A stretch of DNA of 64,000 nt from Mobula hypostoma (lineage: Eukaryota). A model generated the notes under the pieces. That model did not search any database. It had not been told where the DNA came from and saw only the letters and a program-made list of their open reading frames with translations. The stretch lies in assembly GCF_963921235.1 (NCBI RefSeq), contig NC_086109.1, forward strand, positions 5,892,001-5,956,000, given 5' to 3'. The position numbers and the translations under genes are program-made. Shown here piece by piece: positions 61,384 through 64,000 of the stretch; the stretch's first letter is position 1, and each line of letters opens with the position of its first letter.

Positions 61384-61965
61384 GCAACACACATAAAAGT
61401 TGCTGGTGAACGCAGCAGGCCAGGCAGCATCTCTAGGAAGAGGTACAGTCGACATTTCAGGCCGAGACCCTTCGTCAGGACTAACTGAAGGAAGAGTGAG
61501 TAAGAGATTTGAAAGTTGGAGGGGGAAGGGGAGATCCAAAATGATAGGAGAAGACAGGAGGGGGAGGGATGGAGTGGGCTGAAAAGTATGTTTGACATAA
61601 CATCTCTGCCGGCATTCTGGATCAAAGTCAAGGCTAAATATCCTGAGATAGCCATGAAAGCACTGAAAATGTTGCTTCCATTTTCAACAGTTCTCTGCGA
61701 AGCGGAGTTTTCTGCAATGAATGCAACGAAAACTAATCCCTCCCCCTCCTGTCTTCTCCTATCATTTTGGATCTCCCCCTCCCCTTCCAACTTTCAAATC
61801 TCTTACTCACTCTTCCTTCAGTTAGTCCTGACGAAGGGTCTCGGCCTGAAACGTCGACTGTACCTCTTCCTAGAGATGCTGCCTGGCCTGCTGCGTTCAC
61901 CAGCAACTTTGATGTGTGTTGCTTGAATTTCCAGCATCTGCAGAATTCCTGTCATTTGCGTTTTT
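61384..61965. mobile_element. Fold-back PLE cassette with a captured hAT transposase spacer, 14-bp TSD
   Basis: TSD agattccagaacaa at 61370-61383 and 61966-61979. Inverted PLE arms at 61384-61574 and 61737-61965. Spacer 61576-61736 matches 62640-62800. Confidence 0.88.
61824..61859 (+). ncRNA. Minimal type I hammerhead ribozyme motif (representative copy) in a PLE terminus
   Basis: AGTC-CTGACGA-A-GGGTCTCGGCCT-GAAA-CG-TC-GACT: stem I AGTC/GACT, core CUGANGA and GAAA, short stem II, palindromic ACGU in place of stem III, GUC cleavage triplet. Confidence 0.7.
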
Positions 61966-62449
61966 AGATTCCAGAACAAAAAGGGGAAGAGACCAGCTGG
62001 AAGGTGATAGGTGACGCCAGGCGGGTGGGAAAGGTCAAGGGCTGGAGAAGAAAGAACCTGATAGGAGAGGAGAGTTACACTGCTTCCTTTTTAACTTGGG
62101 CTGTAAATGCAGCTTATTTGGTAATATTATCTTATGTGTCGTGTGTGAGTTATACGCACCGTGTTGTGCACCTTAGTCTCTGGAGAAAGGTAGTTTCATT
62201 TGGTGGTATACATGTATATGGTTGATAATAAAATGAATTCAAAGAGTCCATTTTATCATACAGGTGGATCTGTCCAAGAGTCTGACCACAGTGGAAATCA
62301 AATTAAAAATATACAATGTACCACAAAGGTTTGGTTGTCACAAGAATGGGTCCATGCTTGCTGCCGAACGCTGGATCCAGCTACGAAGAAGGCATGACAG
62401 TGGCTACATTTCATTAGGAGTTTGAAGAGATTTGGTGCATCACCAAAGA

Positions 62450-63652
62450 CAGCGGTCCCCAATCACCGGGCCGGGCCGCAAAGCATGTGCTACCAGGCCG
62501 CGAGGAAACGATATGATTTGGCAATATGAGTCAGCTGCACCTTTCCTCATTCCCTGTCACGCACTGTTGAGCTTGAACTCACGCATCATCCACGTCAGCG
62601 CGGGAAGGAGATCAACCCCTGGAGCTTGCAAATGACGGCGGGCTGAAAAGTATGTTTGACATAACATCTCTGCCGGCATCCTGGATCAAAGTCAAGGCTA
62701 AATATCCTGAGATAGCCACGAAAGCACTGAAAATGTTGCTTCCATTTTCAACTGTTTTCTGCGAAGTGGAGTTTTCTGCAATGAATGCAAGGAAAACTAA
62801 ATTGCGGAATAGACTGGACATAAGGAATCCCGTTCGAGTATCGCTGTCTCCCATCAACCCTCGATGGGACCGTGTTGTTGCAGGAAAACAAGCCCAGGGC
62901 TCCCACTGATTCAGCGATATTGGTGTGTTGCTATGATTTTATATGTTCATACGGGGAAAATATGTGCTGTGTGTTTAATATCCAAATGTTACTTAAAATG
63001 TTATGAAGCTATTGACTTACTTATATAACCATATAACAATTACAGCATGGAAACAGGCCATCTCGGCCCTTCTAGCCCACGCCGAACGCTACTCTCACCT
63101 AGTCCCACCGACCTGCATTCAGCCCATAACTCTCCATTCCTTTCCTGTCCATATACTTATCCAATTTTTCTCTAAATGATAATATCGAACCTGCCTCTAC
63201 CACTTCTACTGGAAGTTCATTCAACACTTACTTCAAGCTCCCCTGTCCTCCCCTTATAATTGACATCACTATATTCATGCGAGGAAAATATGCACTGTGT
63301 GTTTAATATTAAATTCATTAGATAAACCCTTTTAGAAACGAAATTGAGTGTATTAGCCACTTATCACCTATATTCCGGTCGTGATTAACACCCCCCGCCC
63401 TGAACAGAATCGCCAAAAACGATTTGCAGAAAAAAATTGGCAGGTACACGCATGCGCAAGTCACACATGCACACTGGTGCCCGCGCAAGGCTTCATGGTC
63501 ATTGTAGTCTTTCTCTGGGTAAACACAACGTATTTGACTGCTACTCTTGTCCGTTGGCAACCCTACCACCACCCCTACCCCCTGCCGCCGGTCCGCAAGA
63601 ATATTGTCAATATTAAACCGGTCCGCAGTGCAAAGAAGGTTGGGGACCCCTG
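62450..63652 (+). mobile_element. Non-autonomous hAT (Charlie/Buster-like) DNA transposon with a C-terminal transposase remnant
   Basis: TIRs cagcggtccccaa / ttggggacccctg and 8-bp TSD accaaaga (62442-62449, 63653-63660). ORF 62652-62909 WIKVKAKYPEIATKALKMLLPFSTVFCEVEFSAM..KTKLRNRLDI corresponds to the hATC dimerisation region. Confidence 0.9.
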
Positions 63653-64000
63653 ACCAAAGACACTTACAAATTTCTACATATGTCCCGTGGAGAACATTCT
63701 AACTGGCTGCATCACCATCTGGTACGGGGGGGTGGGGGCACTGCACAGGACTGAGAAAAAACTGCAGAGTTGTGAACTCAGTCAGCTCTAGCCTCCCAGG
63801 CATCTACAGGGAGCGATGCTACAAAAAGGATGCCCATCCCAAGACATACCCTCTTTCCATTATTACTATCAGGGAGGAGGTACAGGAGCCTGAAGGCACA
63901 CACTCAATGATTCAGGAACAGCTTCTTCCATCTGATTTGTGAATGGACAATGAATCCATGAACACTACCTCAAGACTTTTTTCCCCTCTTTTTACACTAT

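Noticed and set aside
61516..61926. 136-aa (+) and 147-aa (-) mirror ORFs
   Set aside because: Products of the inverted-repeat cassette; only the central hAT peptide has protein homology.
53033..64000. MAPKAPK2 first exon or promoter
   Set aside because: No Gly-rich loop (LGLGINGKV) peptide or CpG island seen; the region is intronic TE sequence.

Overview
Vertebrate, TE-saturated genomic DNA. The repeat repertoire (HE1/V-SINE-like SINEs, CR1, Rex1/Babar, Penelope-like elements) suggests a cartilaginous fish, probably a ray; this is inference. The whole window appears to lie inside the MAPKAPK2 (MK2) gene on the minus strand. Three kinase-domain coding exons are visible (53032-52893, 5031-4967, 4862-4783) with canonical GT-AG sites and in-phase joins, separated by a 47.9-kb and a 104-bp intron. 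The other exons lie outside the window. Intronic DNA contains: a young CR1 family (3 copies); Rex1/Babar, L2 and RTE LINE remnants; a full-length Gmr1-like Ty3/gypsy LTR element with integrase upstream of RT; a related solo LTR; hAT and Tc1 non-autonomous elements; tRNA-derived SINEs; two C-rich minisatellites; and many Penelope-like (PLE) termini carrying a minimal hammerhead ribozyme motif. The most unusual structures are TSD-bounded fold-back PLE cassettes (one enclosing a captured hAT transposase fragment, one a fully paired 62-bp hairpin in the pre-mRNA) and an RTE insertion with a chimeric 5' end. No prokaryotic-type system (CRISPR etc.) is supported. All calls come from reading the sequence by eye; no database searches were run.
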